From Verrucomicrobiota bacterium (GTDB lineage: Bacteria > Verrucomicrobiota > Verrucomicrobiia > Chthoniobacterales > UBA10450): a stretch of 64,000 bases of DNA. Position numbers and translations under genes: made by a program. A model generated the notes under the pieces. It was not told the DNA's origin. It searched no databases and saw nothing but the letters and a program-made list of their open reading frames with translations. The stretch covers positions 2,029-66,028 of the forward strand of contig QHNK01000028.1 of the NCBI GenBank assembly GCA_003218415.1, in the 5' to 3' direction. Below, piece after piece: positions 9,609-19,297 of this stretch; within the stretch, counting starts at the first letter, position 1; the number at the start of each line of letters is the position of its first letter.

Positions 9609-10679
9609 ATGCGCCCTTTCGATTGTATCGTGAATGGCGACGCTACGCCGTTCGAGTTGAACGGTGGCGGACGGTTTACCCTGTCCCGCCAAGATTTTGT
9701 CCCGGCGTATGTGAAAGCATTCGAGGAAGGGGTTCTTCACGAGCGCGCCCAGCAAGCGATCGAAGCGTTGCGCTCATGCCGCGTCTGCCCGCGCGATTGC
9801 GAGATTGACCGGTTCAACAACAAGATCGGCGTCTGCAAGAGTGGCCGGCTTGCGCGCGTCGCCAGCGCATTCCCGCATTTCGGCGAGGAAGATTGCCTGC
9901 GCGGTTGGAACGGCTCAGGCACGATTTTTTTCGGCTGGTGCAATCTGCGCTGCGTGTTCTGCCAAAATTTTGAGACCAGCCAGTTCGGTGAAGGCGCAGA
10001 AGTCACGGCGTGCGAGCTTGCGCAAATCATGCTCGATTTGCAGCGGATCGGTTGTCACAACATCAACTTCGTCACCCCCGAGCACGTCGTTCCGCAAATA
10101 TTGGAAGCGCTCGTGATCGCGGTCGAACGCGGCTTGCGTCTGCCGCTTGTGTATAACACATCGGCCTACGATAGCCTCGAAAGCATCCACTGGATGAATG
10201 GGGTAGTGGACATCTACATGCCCGATTTCAAACTATGGGACCCCGAGCATTGCCGAAAATATCTCGTGGCCAGCGATTACGCTGACGCTGCGCGTGCCGT
10301 GACCGCCGCCATGCACGCGCAGGTCGGTGAGTTAAAAGTGGACGAGAACGGTCTGGCATTACGCGGCGTCCTCGTGCGCCATCTCGTCATGCCCGGCCTG
10401 CTCGACGATACGCGCGAGATCATGAACTGGATCGCCGACAACTTATCGCGCGACACCTACGTAAACGTGATGGATCAATATTATCCAGCGCACAAAGCCG
10501 AGACCGAACCGCGCTTCGCCGAAATCAACCGCGGCATAAGCGACAACGAATTTTGTGGTGCACTCGAACTCGCCCGCGCCGCTCGCCTTTGGCGTTTCGA
10601 CACCCGCTGGCGCCACGTCATTCCCCACGGCGCTCCAGTTTGGCTTCCGCGAATGCAAAAGCTGGAGAATACAGCCTAA
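9609..10679 (+). CDS. radical SAM protein, PflX-like (COG1313-type PFL-activase homologue)
   Basis: CNLRCVFCQN CxxxCxxC cluster preceded by HFGEEDCLRGWNGSGTIFFGW. N-terminal extra Cys motif CRVCPRDCEIDR...GVC. Confidence 0.85.
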   Translation: MRPFDCIVNGDATPFELNGGGRFTLSRQDFVPAYVKAFEEGVLHERAQQAIEALRSCRVCPRDCEIDRFNNKIGVCKSGRLARVASAFPHFGEEDCLRGWNGSGTIFFGWCNLRCVFCQNFETSQFGEGAEVTACELAQIMLDLQRIGCHNINFVTPEHVVPQILEALVIAVERGLRLPLVYNTSAYDSLESIHWMNGVVDIYMPDFKLWDPEHCRKYLVASDYADAARAVTAAMHAQVGELKVDENGLALRGVLVRHLVMPGLLDDTREIMNWIADNLSRDTYVNVMDQYYPAHKAETEPRFAEINRGISDNEFCGALELARAARLWRFDTRWRHVIPHGAPVWLPRMQKLENTA

Positions 10680-13210
10680 AGCAGATCCAACTGCGGTTTA
10701 TCAGATCTTTTTGCAGTTTTTCTCCTGCGCCGCGATTCCCCGGCAGCTGGTTTCTCCAAGGACCCGTCAGTTTTTTCCAGGTGCGCGAGAATGTCCTTCG
10801 CCCGGTCGAGAATTTCCTTCGGCAAACCGGCCAGTCGCGCGACGTGGATTCCATAACTTTTGTCTGCGCCGCCGGGTACGATTTTGCGGAGGAAAATGAT
10901 CTGCTCGTTCCATTCGCGCACTGCGACGTTGAAATTGCAGACGCCGGGGCGATCCTCCGCGAGTTTGGTCAGCTCGTGGTAGTGCGTCGCGAACAGTGTG
11001 CGCGCTTTGATTTTGTCGTGGAGAAATTCGGCGACGCTCCACGCGATGGACAGCCCGTCGAATGTCGATGTACCGCGGCCAATCTCATCTAAAATCACCA
11101 GGCTGCGTTCTGTTGCATTGTTGACGATGTTTGAGGTCTCGTTCATCTCCACCATGAATGTTGACTGACCTCGCGCGAGGTCATCGCTCGCGCCCACACG
11201 GGTGAAGATGCGATCAACCAAGCCGATCTCTGCGCTCTCTGCCGGAACGAAACTGCCGATGTGTGCCATCAACACGATAAGCGCGACTTGGCGAATGTAG
11301 GTCGATTTGCCGGCCATGTTCGGCCCGGTGACGACCGCCAGCCGCTTCTGCTCGCCATGGAGCGACGTATCATTCGGCACGAATTTCTCTTCGACCAGAG
11401 TTTGATCGAGCACGGGATGCCGTCCGTCCTTAATGACCAGCCGCAGCGTTTCGTTCAGAACTGGCCGGCAGTAACGAAAAAGCCGCGCGGCTTCCGCGAG
11501 CGCGCAGATCACGTCGAGAACCGCGATTGCTTCCGCGGTTTGCTGGATTGGCTCGATCTCACGCAACGTTTCGTCGCGCAATTTCTGGAACAGTTGGTAC
11601 TCGAGGTTCTGGGCGCGTTCATCCGCGCCAAGAATTTTCGCCTCCATCTCTTTCAGCTCCGGCGTGATGAAGCGTTCCCCGCCTACAGTAGTTTGCTTAC
11701 GCGTGTAATGCGCAGGCACGTTCGCCAGATTCGATTTCGTGACTTCGATAAAATAACCGAAGACCGAGTTGTAACGGACCTTCAGCGACTTGATTCCCGT
11801 CACAGCGATCTCGCGCTCCTGTAAATGGCTGATCCAGTTTTTCCCCTCGCGCGACGCCTGCCGCAACGCGTCAAGATCAGCATCGTAGCCGTCACAGAAA
11901 ATGCCCCCTTCTTTCAGCGCGAACGGCGGATCATCAACAAGCGCTTTGGCCAGCTTCTCCGCCAGCGCCGGCATTTCGTGGATTTCGCGCTGAAGCTGTA
12001 GTGGCAGGCGTGTCGCCTGCTTTGACTGTTTTGCAGCCGGCACGGCTGCCTCTACAGGGCTCGCGCCAAATTCAATTCGCTCAATCAATTTCGCCAACTC
12101 GGCCTTCAATTTCGGGATTTGTTGAAGGGAAGTTTTGAGCGCGACCAGATCGCGCGCATTGCCGGAGGCCTGGCTCAAGCGGCCGGCTGCGCGTTCGATG
12201 TCCCGAATCGATTTCAGTTCCGTGCGGATCGCTGCGAGCAGGTCTGGCTCCTGCAATAAATCGGCAATCATCTGCTGGCGCCGCTCCAGCTCAGGCAAAT
12301 TGCGCAGCGGCTGCAAGATCCAGGAGCGCAATTTGCGTCCGCCCATGGGGGTGATGGTGCGATCGAGGACGGCCAGCAGGCTGGTGCCTCGCGCGCTGCG
12401 CGATTCAACCAGGTCGAGATTGGTTTGGGTAGCCGCATCGAGCAGGACGTAATCCGCGGGCGCATCGCAGCGCAACGCGGTCAGATGATCGATCTTGCGC
12501 CGGAGTTGGTACTTCAAATAATGGACAATCGCGCCCGCGGCGGCGACGGCCTGCGACATTTGCCCGCAGCCAAATCCGTCGAGCGATTTGACCTTGAAGT
12601 GTTCGCACAAGGTGAAGACTGCCTGTTCTGGCAAAAACGCGTAGCTGTCGTAGCCGAGCGCATTCGGGATTTCCTTGAACTGCTGCTGTTGCTCATCGGC
12701 GACGAGAAGCTCCGAAGGCGAAACGCGCGCAAGTTCGTCCAGCAGTGATTGACGATCTTGCGCCTGGGTTAAGCGGAACTCGCCCGTGCTGAGATCGGCA
12801 TACGCGAAGCCGAAGACGTTGCCATCGGCATAGACTGCGCCAAGATAATTGGCGCGCTTGGACTCGAGCAAGTCGAGATCGCTTACTGTGCCCGCGCTGA
12901 TAACCTGGGTGATGTCTCGGGAAACAATTTTTCCAGGTTGCGGTTCGCTGGTCTGATCGCAAATCGCCACGCGCCGCCCGGCCTTGATCAGCTTTGCAAT
13001 ATAAGTTTGCGCCGCGTGATATGGCACGCCGCACATCGGCACGCCGTTGCGCTTGGTCAGCGCGACGTTCAGCAGACCGGATGCTTCCTTTGCGTCTTCA
13101 AAAAACAGCTCGTAAAAATCGCCAAGGCGAAACAGCAGGAGCGTATCGGCCGGAATGCTGGTCCGCAGCCGCCGGTATTGCTGCATCATTGGAGTGAGCG
13201 CGTCCTGCAT
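10676..13210 (-). CDS. mutS: DNA mismatch repair protein MutS
   Basis: 844 aa. MQQY..L......LLFRLGDFYELFFEDA mismatch-binding N-terminus, Walker A GPNMAGKST, and ...DEIGRGTSTFDGLSIA. Confidence 0.95.
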   Translation of the reverse strand: MQDALTPMMQQYRRLRTSIPADTLLLFRLGDFYELFFEDAKEASGLLNVALTKRNGVPMCGVPYHAAQTYIAKLIKAGRRVAICDQTSEPQPGKIVSRDITQVISAGTVSDLDLLESKRANYLGAVYADGNVFGFAYADLSTGEFRLTQAQDRQSLLDELARVSPSELLVADEQQQQFKEIPNALGYDSYAFLPEQAVFTLCEHFKVKSLDGFGCGQMSQAVAAAGAIVHYLKYQLRRKIDHLTALRCDAPADYVLLDAATQTNLDLVESRSARGTSLLAVLDRTITPMGGRKLRSWILQPLRNLPELERRQQMIADLLQEPDLLAAIRTELKSIRDIERAAGRLSQASGNARDLVALKTSLQQIPKLKAELAKLIERIEFGASPVEAAVPAAKQSKQATRLPLQLQREIHEMPALAEKLAKALVDDPPFALKEGGIFCDGYDADLDALRQASREGKNWISHLQEREIAVTGIKSLKVRYNSVFGYFIEVTKSNLANVPAHYTRKQTTVGGERFITPELKEMEAKILGADERAQNLEYQLFQKLRDETLREIEPIQQTAEAIAVLDVICALAEAARLFRYCRPVLNETLRLVIKDGRHPVLDQTLVEEKFVPNDTSLHGEQKRLAVVTGPNMAGKSTYIRQVALIVLMAHIGSFVPAESAEIGLVDRIFTRVGASDDLARGQSTFMVEMNETSNIVNNATERSLVILDEIGRGTSTFDGLSIAWSVAEFLHDKIKARTLFATHYHELTKLAEDRPGVCNFNVAVREWNEQIIFLRKIVPGGADKSYGIHVARLAGLPKEILDRAKDILAHLEKTDGSLEKPAAGESRRRRKTAKRSDKPQLDLL

Positions 13211-13317
13211 CTTTTCAGAATTAAATCACGCCGCGCGAATTGCGAGTTTGGAATGCGAATTAGCAAAAATTCCTTGTGTGGCTGAGAGTGTTTGTCTCTA
13301 GTCGGGCGCCGGGTTTC

Positions 13318-14301
13318 ATGCATTTCTTTGCTCGTTCATCCAGCAGGCGGTCATTCATATTCGCTTTCCTTCTTGTCCCTGCAGCTCTTCTGGCAGTCAC
13401 GCTTGTGCAAAAGAACCCGCCAGTTCGTCCTGCCGACGCGGACTCACCAGTGGCGATCTGGGACATTGACTTAAAGCTGGCGAAGGCTTTACCGCGAAAC
13501 TTCCGCACAACCGACGATCCGCTTAAGGCGAGCAAAGGTGAAACGCCGGCGACAACTGGGCTGAGCGATCTGCGCGCTTCGGGCAGCGGCGAGTTTACAC
13601 CTGAAGGGCTGAAGCTTTTGCTGGCGCGAACTCGCGGTCCTGTGACGGTCTTCGATTTCCGGCAAGAAACGCACATATTTGTTAACAACCTGCCTGTCAG
13701 TTGGTATGCGTCACGCGACTGGGCGAACGTAGGTCGCAGTCAGAGCGAAATTGAGGCGGACGAAGCTGCCCGAGTGCAATCGCTCAAGCCGGGGAGCGAA
13801 ATCGATATTCGGTCGGGCGAACCAGTGAAAAAAGGCAGCGCTAATTCTGCAACCCCGCAACGTGTGACGATAGGGAGCGCGAGTACAGAGCGCGACGTCG
13901 TCGAAGGCGCTGGCGCTAATTACGTGCGCGTCACTGTTACCGACCATACGCGGCCGCTCGATGACGAGGTGGACCGCTTTGTTCTTGCTGCCCGCGCGCT
14001 GCCGGAGAATGCCTGGGCGCATTTTCATTGCGAAGCGGGTCTTGGACGCACGACCACGTTCATGGTGCTTTATGACATCCTGCGAAACGCGAATCGAGTG
14101 TCGCTGGAAGACATTGTCCGCCGTCAAAAGATTCTGGGTTACGATTACGACGTGCTTCAGCCCGCTGAACCCGGGAACTGGAAGGCGCCTTACATGGCAG
14201 ACCGCGCCGCATTTATCCGCGCATTTTACGATTACGCTCGCGCAAATCCGAACGGCCGACCGCAGCTTTGGACCGAATGGCTGAAGGCGGGCACGCAGTA
14301 A
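13318..14301 (+). CDS. PTP-like phytase / dual-specificity phosphatase-fold protein with Tat-like signal
   Basis: P-loop HCEAGLGRTT (CX5R). N-terminus MHFFARSSSRRSFIFAFLLVPAAL resembles a twin-arginine signal. Start ATG 13318 is preferred over GTG 13276. Confidence 0.8.
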   Translation: MHFFARSSSRRSFIFAFLLVPAALLAVTLVQKNPPVRPADADSPVAIWDIDLKLAKALPRNFRTTDDPLKASKGETPATTGLSDLRASGSGEFTPEGLKLLLARTRGPVTVFDFRQETHIFVNNLPVSWYASRDWANVGRSQSEIEADEAARVQSLKPGSEIDIRSGEPVKKGSANSATPQRVTIGSASTERDVVEGAGANYVRVTVTDHTRPLDDEVDRFVLAARALPENAWAHFHCEAGLGRTTTFMVLYDILRNANRVSLEDIVRRQKILGYDYDVLQPAEPGNWKAPYMADRAAFIRAFYDYARANPNGRPQLWTEWLKAGTQ

Positions 14302-14366
14302 CTGGGTTATCCGTTCGGCCGCCTCCGCCAAGGCTACGACGGACACTTTCGCTCGGAGAGCGAAAG

Positions 14367-14721
14367 TGGAGGCGAGGGGAGTTGAACCCCTGTCCTCGTC
14401 GCTATCCACGCAAGCATCTACATGTGTATCCGGCGATAAATTCTGAGGAGCCAAGCCATGCACCGGCGCACTGCCGGCTCCCGAGCGTCCGCGAAATCGA
14501 TTCACAAATCGGCGCGGTCGCTCCGCCGATTTGCCAGCCTGCTGTCCACGTTTGCCGCCGTAGCAGGCGTCCAGCGTCAAACGTCGCGGTCAATTAAGCC
14601 GCGAGAGCGAGACCTTCGTTGTCTGCGTTTATTTGTTTGGTCCGGTTTTTAACGAGGCCAACGAACCATCCTCGACATGCCGCCTGCGCTTCCAACGATG
14701 AGTCGAAGCCAGTGCGCCCCC
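14367..14721 (-). ncRNA. ssrA: tmRNA (SsrA), tag ADNEGLALAA
   Basis: The minus strand reads 5'-GGGGGCGCACTGGCTTCGAC ... GGACAGGGGTTCAACTCCCCTCGCCTCCA-3'. The acceptor stem GGGGGCG/CGCCTCC has the G3:U pair and a T-arm GGGTTCAACTCCCC. The internal tag ORF GCA GAC AAC GAA GGT CTC GCT CTC GCG GCT TAA lies at 14594..14626. CCA is not encoded. Confidence 0.9.
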
Positions 14722-14796
14722 AATAATTTACGCTTGAACAATTACCCCTTCTTGCGGTCTGATGCAACAGCCCGAAGGTTCAGCGGAGCGATCTGA

Positions 14797-15750
14797 ATGG
14801 CAATCGAAATAACATCTCAATCTTTGGCCGGAGCTCACCCGGAAGAGACGGCCGCTTACAAGGGGGGCGGCCCCGGGATGCTTTCGGGTTTTCCCGCCAC
14901 AGATAAACCCGTCTCGCGACTCAGATTTTGGCGGCCGACTCTGCGATGGACGCGCCGCAATTTTAGCAGCCGCGCGAGTGAACTTTCCAGGGGAAACGCC
15001 ATCATCGTTTCAATCCCGAAAAGCGGGCGTACCTGGCTTCGTGCATTTCTTTGTGCCTACTTCTGCAAGCGCTTCGGCCTTGAATTCACTCTGCGGCCGG
15101 AGCGTTACCGCGACTCGCGTATTCCCCGGCTGATATTTTCTCACGATCTGTTCGAGCACCGGACAAAGGGCGATCTCTGGGACAGATTGCGTGGCAAATA
15201 TCTGGTGCCGCGAAGAGAACTTGGCCGGGCAAAGATCATTCTGCTCGCGCGCGACCCACGCGATTGTTTCGTTTCGCTCTACCTGCAGATAACGAGGCGC
15301 GATCCCAATGCTCCTGTCGAGCTCAGGCAAAAGAGTGTCAGCGACATGCTGCGCGACAGAAGATTCGGCGTGCGCGCCATCATAAACACAATGAACGATT
15401 GGATCGACGAATTCTCGAGACGCGACAATTTCATCCTCATCCGATATGAAGCCCTCCGCGCCTCCCCAGCAGAATATTTCCGAGACTTACTTGCCCTGCT
15501 CGGCGAATCTGCCCCCGATATGACGATGTTCCAAGAGGCGCTCGCCTTTTCCGGGTTCGAGAACATGCAAAAGCTCGAGGCGGCCGGTGCTTTTGATTCA
15601 AAAATCCTGCGTCCGGGCGACGTGCGCGATCCGGAGTCATTCAAGGTGCGTCGCGGAAAGGTCGGAGGCTACCGCGAATACCTTTCGCTCGAGGATCAGA
15701 AATATGCTGCGGACGCATTGGCCGAACTCGATGTTCGGTTTGGCTATTAG
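14797..15750 (+). CDS. sulfotransferase-family protein
   Basis: 5'-PSB-like loop SIPKSGRTWLRAF and a 3'-PB-like LLARDPRDCFVSLY, the PAPS-binding motifs of cytosolic-type sulfotransferases. Confidence 0.8.
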   Translation: MAIEITSQSLAGAHPEETAAYKGGGPGMLSGFPATDKPVSRLRFWRPTLRWTRRNFSSRASELSRGNAIIVSIPKSGRTWLRAFLCAYFCKRFGLEFTLRPERYRDSRIPRLIFSHDLFEHRTKGDLWDRLRGKYLVPRRELGRAKIILLARDPRDCFVSLYLQITRRDPNAPVELRQKSVSDMLRDRRFGVRAIINTMNDWIDEFSRRDNFILIRYEALRASPAEYFRDLLALLGESAPDMTMFQEALAFSGFENMQKLEAAGAFDSKILRPGDVRDPESFKVRRGKVGGYREYLSLEDQKYAADALAELDVRFGY

Positions 15751-15772
15751 ATAGGGCGGCGGTGCCGCGCGC

Positions 15773-16540
15773 TCATGTTCTGCCGGTGCCCCAGCGGCGG
15801 TGCAGGAATCGCTCCCAAGGCGAGAATAAGATTTTGTCCGCCAGCAAACCGATGACGACGATCACCAGCATGATGCCGATGACCTGGTCCATCGCGTTTA
15901 ATTCGCGACCGTAATGAAGCAGATGGCCGAGACCAAATCCGGTCAGGATCGTGACGTAAATTTCGGCGGCCATTAGTGAACGCCAGGCAAACGCCCAGCC
16001 CTGTTTCATTCCGCTGATCAAATGCGGCAGTGATGCCGGTAAAATCACGTGGATCCACCGATGGAATGGCCCCGAGCCCATCGTTCGTGCCGCACGCGCA
16101 AAGATCGGTGAAATCGTGCGCACCCCGGTGTCGGTCGCGATCACAACTGACCAGACCGTTCCCATGATAACGACGAAGAGCATCGCGCCCTCGGTTTGTC
16201 CGAACCACAGTAACGCCAGGGGGACCCAGCAAACGCTCGGCAATGTTTGCAGGCCGAGGGCGAGCACGCCGACCGTGTCTTCGGCAAATGTCAAAGATGC
16301 AGTTAGGAGCCCAAGCGGGAGCCCGATCGCGAGGCCAATGAAATATCCCACTAGCAGACGCCGCAACGTAACTGTCGAAGCGCTGAAGAGCGTGCCATCA
16401 CGTGCGGAGCTAGTGAGATAATCCATAACGCTGCGCGGAGAAGGCAGCAAAACTGGCGACCAAATTTTTGCATTCACCAAGGCCGCCCAAATCGCGACTA
16501 GCGCGACGAAAAATAAAACTGCGAACAAGGTTCTCCTCAT
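15773..16540 (-). CDS. ABC transporter permease (NitT/TauT, SsuC-like family)
   Basis: 255 aa, about 6 TM, typical aliphatic sulfonate/nitrate/taurine permease layout. Overlaps the ATPase gene by 4 nt. Confidence 0.9.
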   Translation of the reverse strand: MRRTLFAVLFFVALVAIWAALVNAKIWSPVLLPSPRSVMDYLTSSARDGTLFSASTVTLRRLLVGYFIGLAIGLPLGLLTASLTFAEDTVGVLALGLQTLPSVCWVPLALLWFGQTEGAMLFVVIMGTVWSVVIATDTGVRTISPIFARAARTMGSGPFHRWIHVILPASLPHLISGMKQGWAFAWRSLMAAEIYVTILTGFGLGHLLHYGRELNAMDQVIGIMLVIVVIGLLADKILFSPWERFLHRRWGTGRT

Positions 16541-17349
16541 TCCACGCTCACCACCGCCTCCGGCGCAAGGTAGCCTTTCAGCGCTGCGGTCAATTTCGAC
16601 GCGTGCCGGGCAATTTCGATGCTGTTGAAGTCCCGCGGCCGCGGCAGGTTCACTTCAAAGATCTCACGGATGCGCCCCGGCGTGGGCGTCATGATCACTA
16701 CTCGGTCGGCGAGACATGCCGCCTCACGCACGTTGTGGGTGACGAAGATGATCGTCTTGCGCCGTTTTTGCCAAATCTGCTGAATATCGCCGTAAAGTTG
16801 TTCGCGTGTCATGGCGTCGAGCGCCGCGAAGGGTTCGTCCATCAGCAACACGCGCGGGTTCGGCGCGAGTGCTCGGGCGAGGGCGACGCGCTGTTTCATG
16901 CCGCCAGAGAGCTCGTGCACGTTGGCTTCCATGAACTTCTCAAGGCCCACCAGATGAAGAAAAAATTTCGCGACCTCGCGCCGCTCCCGATTGCGTAAAC
17001 CCGGTTTCAATTTCAAACCGAACATGACGTTGCCGAACGCATTCAGCCACGGAAATAGCGCGGATTCCTGAAACATGACCAGTCGATGCCGCCCCGGTCC
17101 GATCACCGGTTGATTATCCGCCAGCACTCGTCCTTTGTCCGGTCTTTCCAAACCGGCGATGATATCGAGCAGCGTCGATTTTCCGCAGCCACTCGGCCCG
17201 ACGATGACGATGAATTCGCCTTCCTCGACTTCGAGCGACACATCGTCCAACGCGTGCACGGTCTGGCGCTTTTGGCGAAACCATTTCGAGACATGATCGA
17301 CAATCAGCTTCGCCGGTGGCGGACCCTGCAGTTCTTCTTGCAGTGACAT
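16537..17349 (-). CDS. ABC transporter ATP-binding protein (SsuB/TauB-like)
   Basis: Walker A GPSGCGKST, signature LSGGMKQRVALARAL, Walker B LLMDEPF. Confidence 0.9.
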   Translation of the reverse strand: MSLQEELQGPPPAKLIVDHVSKWFRQKRQTVHALDDVSLEVEEGEFIVIVGPSGCGKSTLLDIIAGLERPDKGRVLADNQPVIGPGRHRLVMFQESALFPWLNAFGNVMFGLKLKPGLRNRERREVAKFFLHLVGLEKFMEANVHELSGGMKQRVALARALAPNPRVLLMDEPFAALDAMTREQLYGDIQQIWQKRRKTIIFVTHNVREAACLADRVVIMTPTPGRIREIFEVNLPRPRDFNSIEIARHASKLTAALKGYLAPEAVVSVE

Positions 17350-18311
17350 CAGAGATTTTCGAACAGCTTGGAAAGGTCAGGCGCTGTTTTGATGAAACCG
17401 GCTCTGAGCGAGTTCTGCATGAATTTTTCGACCGCAGCGCGCGGCGTTTCCGCCGTAAACACAATCCGCTTCCATGCCGCGTCGATCAGTTGTGTGCTCA
17501 TGTCGCTCTTCGTTTCCTCCAGCAGCTCAGCTTTGATCAAGCGCTGGGCTTCCTCCGGATTTTTTGTGATCCAGTCAGTAAGCTCCGCATGCGCTTGGGC
17601 AAAACTTTTCGCCAGTTCGTGTTGTTGGTTTAGAAATTTCACGCTCGAAACGAGAATCGTCGTGGCCACTTCCTTTTCTTCGACAATCACTTTACCGGAG
17701 GCTTCCTGCTCGAGGCGAGTCAGCCAGGGTTCCACAGTCCAAACCGCGTCTACTCTCTTCGCCTTAAACAACCCTAACTGATCGGGATTTTGTGTTGGAA
17801 TCACCTGTGCGTCTCCGCCGAGTTGCGTGATCTTTAGTCCACCGTCTGTCAGCCATGCTCGGCAAGAAATGTCCTGCGTGTTCCCTAATTGCGGCGTGGC
17901 GATTTTCTTGCCTCGAAAATCGGCGGCTACTTTCAAATTTTCATCCGGCTGAACAACCAAACCCGCGCCGCCGTTGGCCGCGCCCGCGATCAGACGAATC
18001 TCTTCCCCTTTGGATTTGGTATAAGCATTGAGCGCCGGCCCGGGACCGACGTAAGTCAGATCAATCGAATTCGCGAAAACCGCCTCCATCGTGCTCGGTC
18101 CGGCGTTGTAAACGAACCATTCGATTTTGGTTCCCGGTCCAAGCCGTTGTTCGAACCAACCTTTGCCCTGGCGAGAGAGAGCATGTGCAATCACGCCTTG
18201 TGCGTGCGTGATGTTCGGAAAATGGCCAACACGAATTTTTGTTTCGCCGAAAGAGAAAGCCGCTGCTGCAAACCACAGGGAGATCGATAATACAGCCTTG
18301 GAGATTTTCAT
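17349..18311 (-). CDS. ABC substrate-binding protein (NMT1/SsuA-like)
   Basis: Signal peptide MKISKAVLSISLWFAAAAFSFG, then IRVGHFPNITHAQG... typical of SsuA/NMT1 binding proteins. ATG 18311 is preferred. Confidence 0.85.
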   Translation of the reverse strand: MKISKAVLSISLWFAAAAFSFGETKIRVGHFPNITHAQGVIAHALSRQGKGWFEQRLGPGTKIEWFVYNAGPSTMEAVFANSIDLTYVGPGPALNAYTKSKGEEIRLIAGAANGGAGLVVQPDENLKVAADFRGKKIATPQLGNTQDISCRAWLTDGGLKITQLGGDAQVIPTQNPDQLGLFKAKRVDAVWTVEPWLTRLEQEASGKVIVEEKEVATTILVSSVKFLNQQHELAKSFAQAHAELTDWITKNPEEAQRLIKAELLEETKSDMSTQLIDAAWKRIVFTAETPRAAVEKFMQNSLRAGFIKTAPDLSKLFENL

Positions 18312-18379
18312 TCCGTGACTGTTGATCTTGTCGATGGATCGGCGCAACAATCAAGCGCCGAAAGACGCACAAATTGAAT

Positions 18380-19267
18380 TTATCGGAGCGGTCGGGCGAC
18401 CAGGATGCCGCTGTCCGAGCGATAGCGATAAAGGTATTTCGAAAGCTCCTCGTCAACGATGACCCGGCCATAATTGCTCGGAGATGACGCATGCATGAAA
18501 TGCAAGACGCCATTGCCTGTACGCAACGCAAGGCCGACATGCGCGGTGGAATAAAGTCCGCTCCGGTCGCGCGAAATGATTCCGATGATGTCGCCGCTGC
18601 GCAGTTTGGATTCAATGCCAGCGACTTTGCTTTTCGGAATCTCATGGAGCGGTCGCGAGGAGACGTTCGCTTCCATGCGCGCGAGCGGTCCCAGCAGTGA
18701 GCGGTTCGCGGCGAGATAACGGTAATGTCGCCAGCCGACGCTCATTTCGCGCGCGGAATGGGGCACACTGCGGCCACCGAGGTCGCGCGTTAGATCCTCG
18801 ACCAGACCCCGGCGATCATTGTCGTAAAGCCAGTCCTCCAAGTAATGCAGGCGCGAAAGATATTCGCCGGTGCACTGGCCGCCGCGATATCGATCGAGCT
18901 CGACGTAATACAGCATGCGTTCCGGCGTCCAGTTCGATTCCGGTTCGTTCAGCATCCGGGCGAAACCCAGCGCGATCTCGAAGAACGTCCAGCAATCCAT
19001 CCCGTTGAAATTCACCGATGGCGACTCGATCCGGTTGTCGATCTCCAGAGTGAAATGTTTGTAGCGCGTCCCGACCAGAGCTTGTCCGACCGCCGCAGCG
19101 CGTTCACCAATCGGCAGCGCCTTCCAATTCTCCGCTTTAGCCTTTGCCACCAGGCGATTGAATTGGTCTTGTCCTTTAAAAGCCGTGCTAAGCGGCAAGC
19201 GCGACTCGTACGCGAATGCGACCGAATAAATTAACAATATGGGAATGAAAACCTTCCAAGTCCGCAT
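18380..19267 (-). CDS. DUF1460-like secreted protein (NlpC/P60-related amidase fold)
   Basis: Signal peptide. Candidate Cys in NFNGMDCWTFFEIALGF and His in SGDIIGIISRD...STAHVGLAL. ATG 19267 is preferred over GTG 19276. Confidence 0.7.
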   Translation of the reverse strand: MRTWKVFIPILLIYSVAFAYESRLPLSTAFKGQDQFNRLVAKAKAENWKALPIGERAAAVGQALVGTRYKHFTLEIDNRIESPSVNFNGMDCWTFFEIALGFARMLNEPESNWTPERMLYYVELDRYRGGQCTGEYLSRLHYLEDWLYDNDRRGLVEDLTRDLGGRSVPHSAREMSVGWRHYRYLAANRSLLGPLARMEANVSSRPLHEIPKSKVAGIESKLRSGDIIGIISRDRSGLYSTAHVGLALRTGNGVLHFMHASSPSNYGRVIVDEELSKYLYRYRSDSGILVARPLR

Positions 19268-19297
19268 ATTGCCCACAACTCAACGCGGAATTCATTT

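Noticed and set aside
13210-14366. Genomic island or prophage integrated at the tmRNA 3' end
   Set aside because: No integrase was found, no direct repeat of the ssrA 3' end was seen by eye, and only one gene lies between ssrA and mutS.
13711-14580. 289-aa minus-strand ORF
   Set aside because: It runs antisense through the phosphatase gene and across the tmRNA. Its composition is Arg/Ala-rich and typical of off-frame GC-rich sequence.
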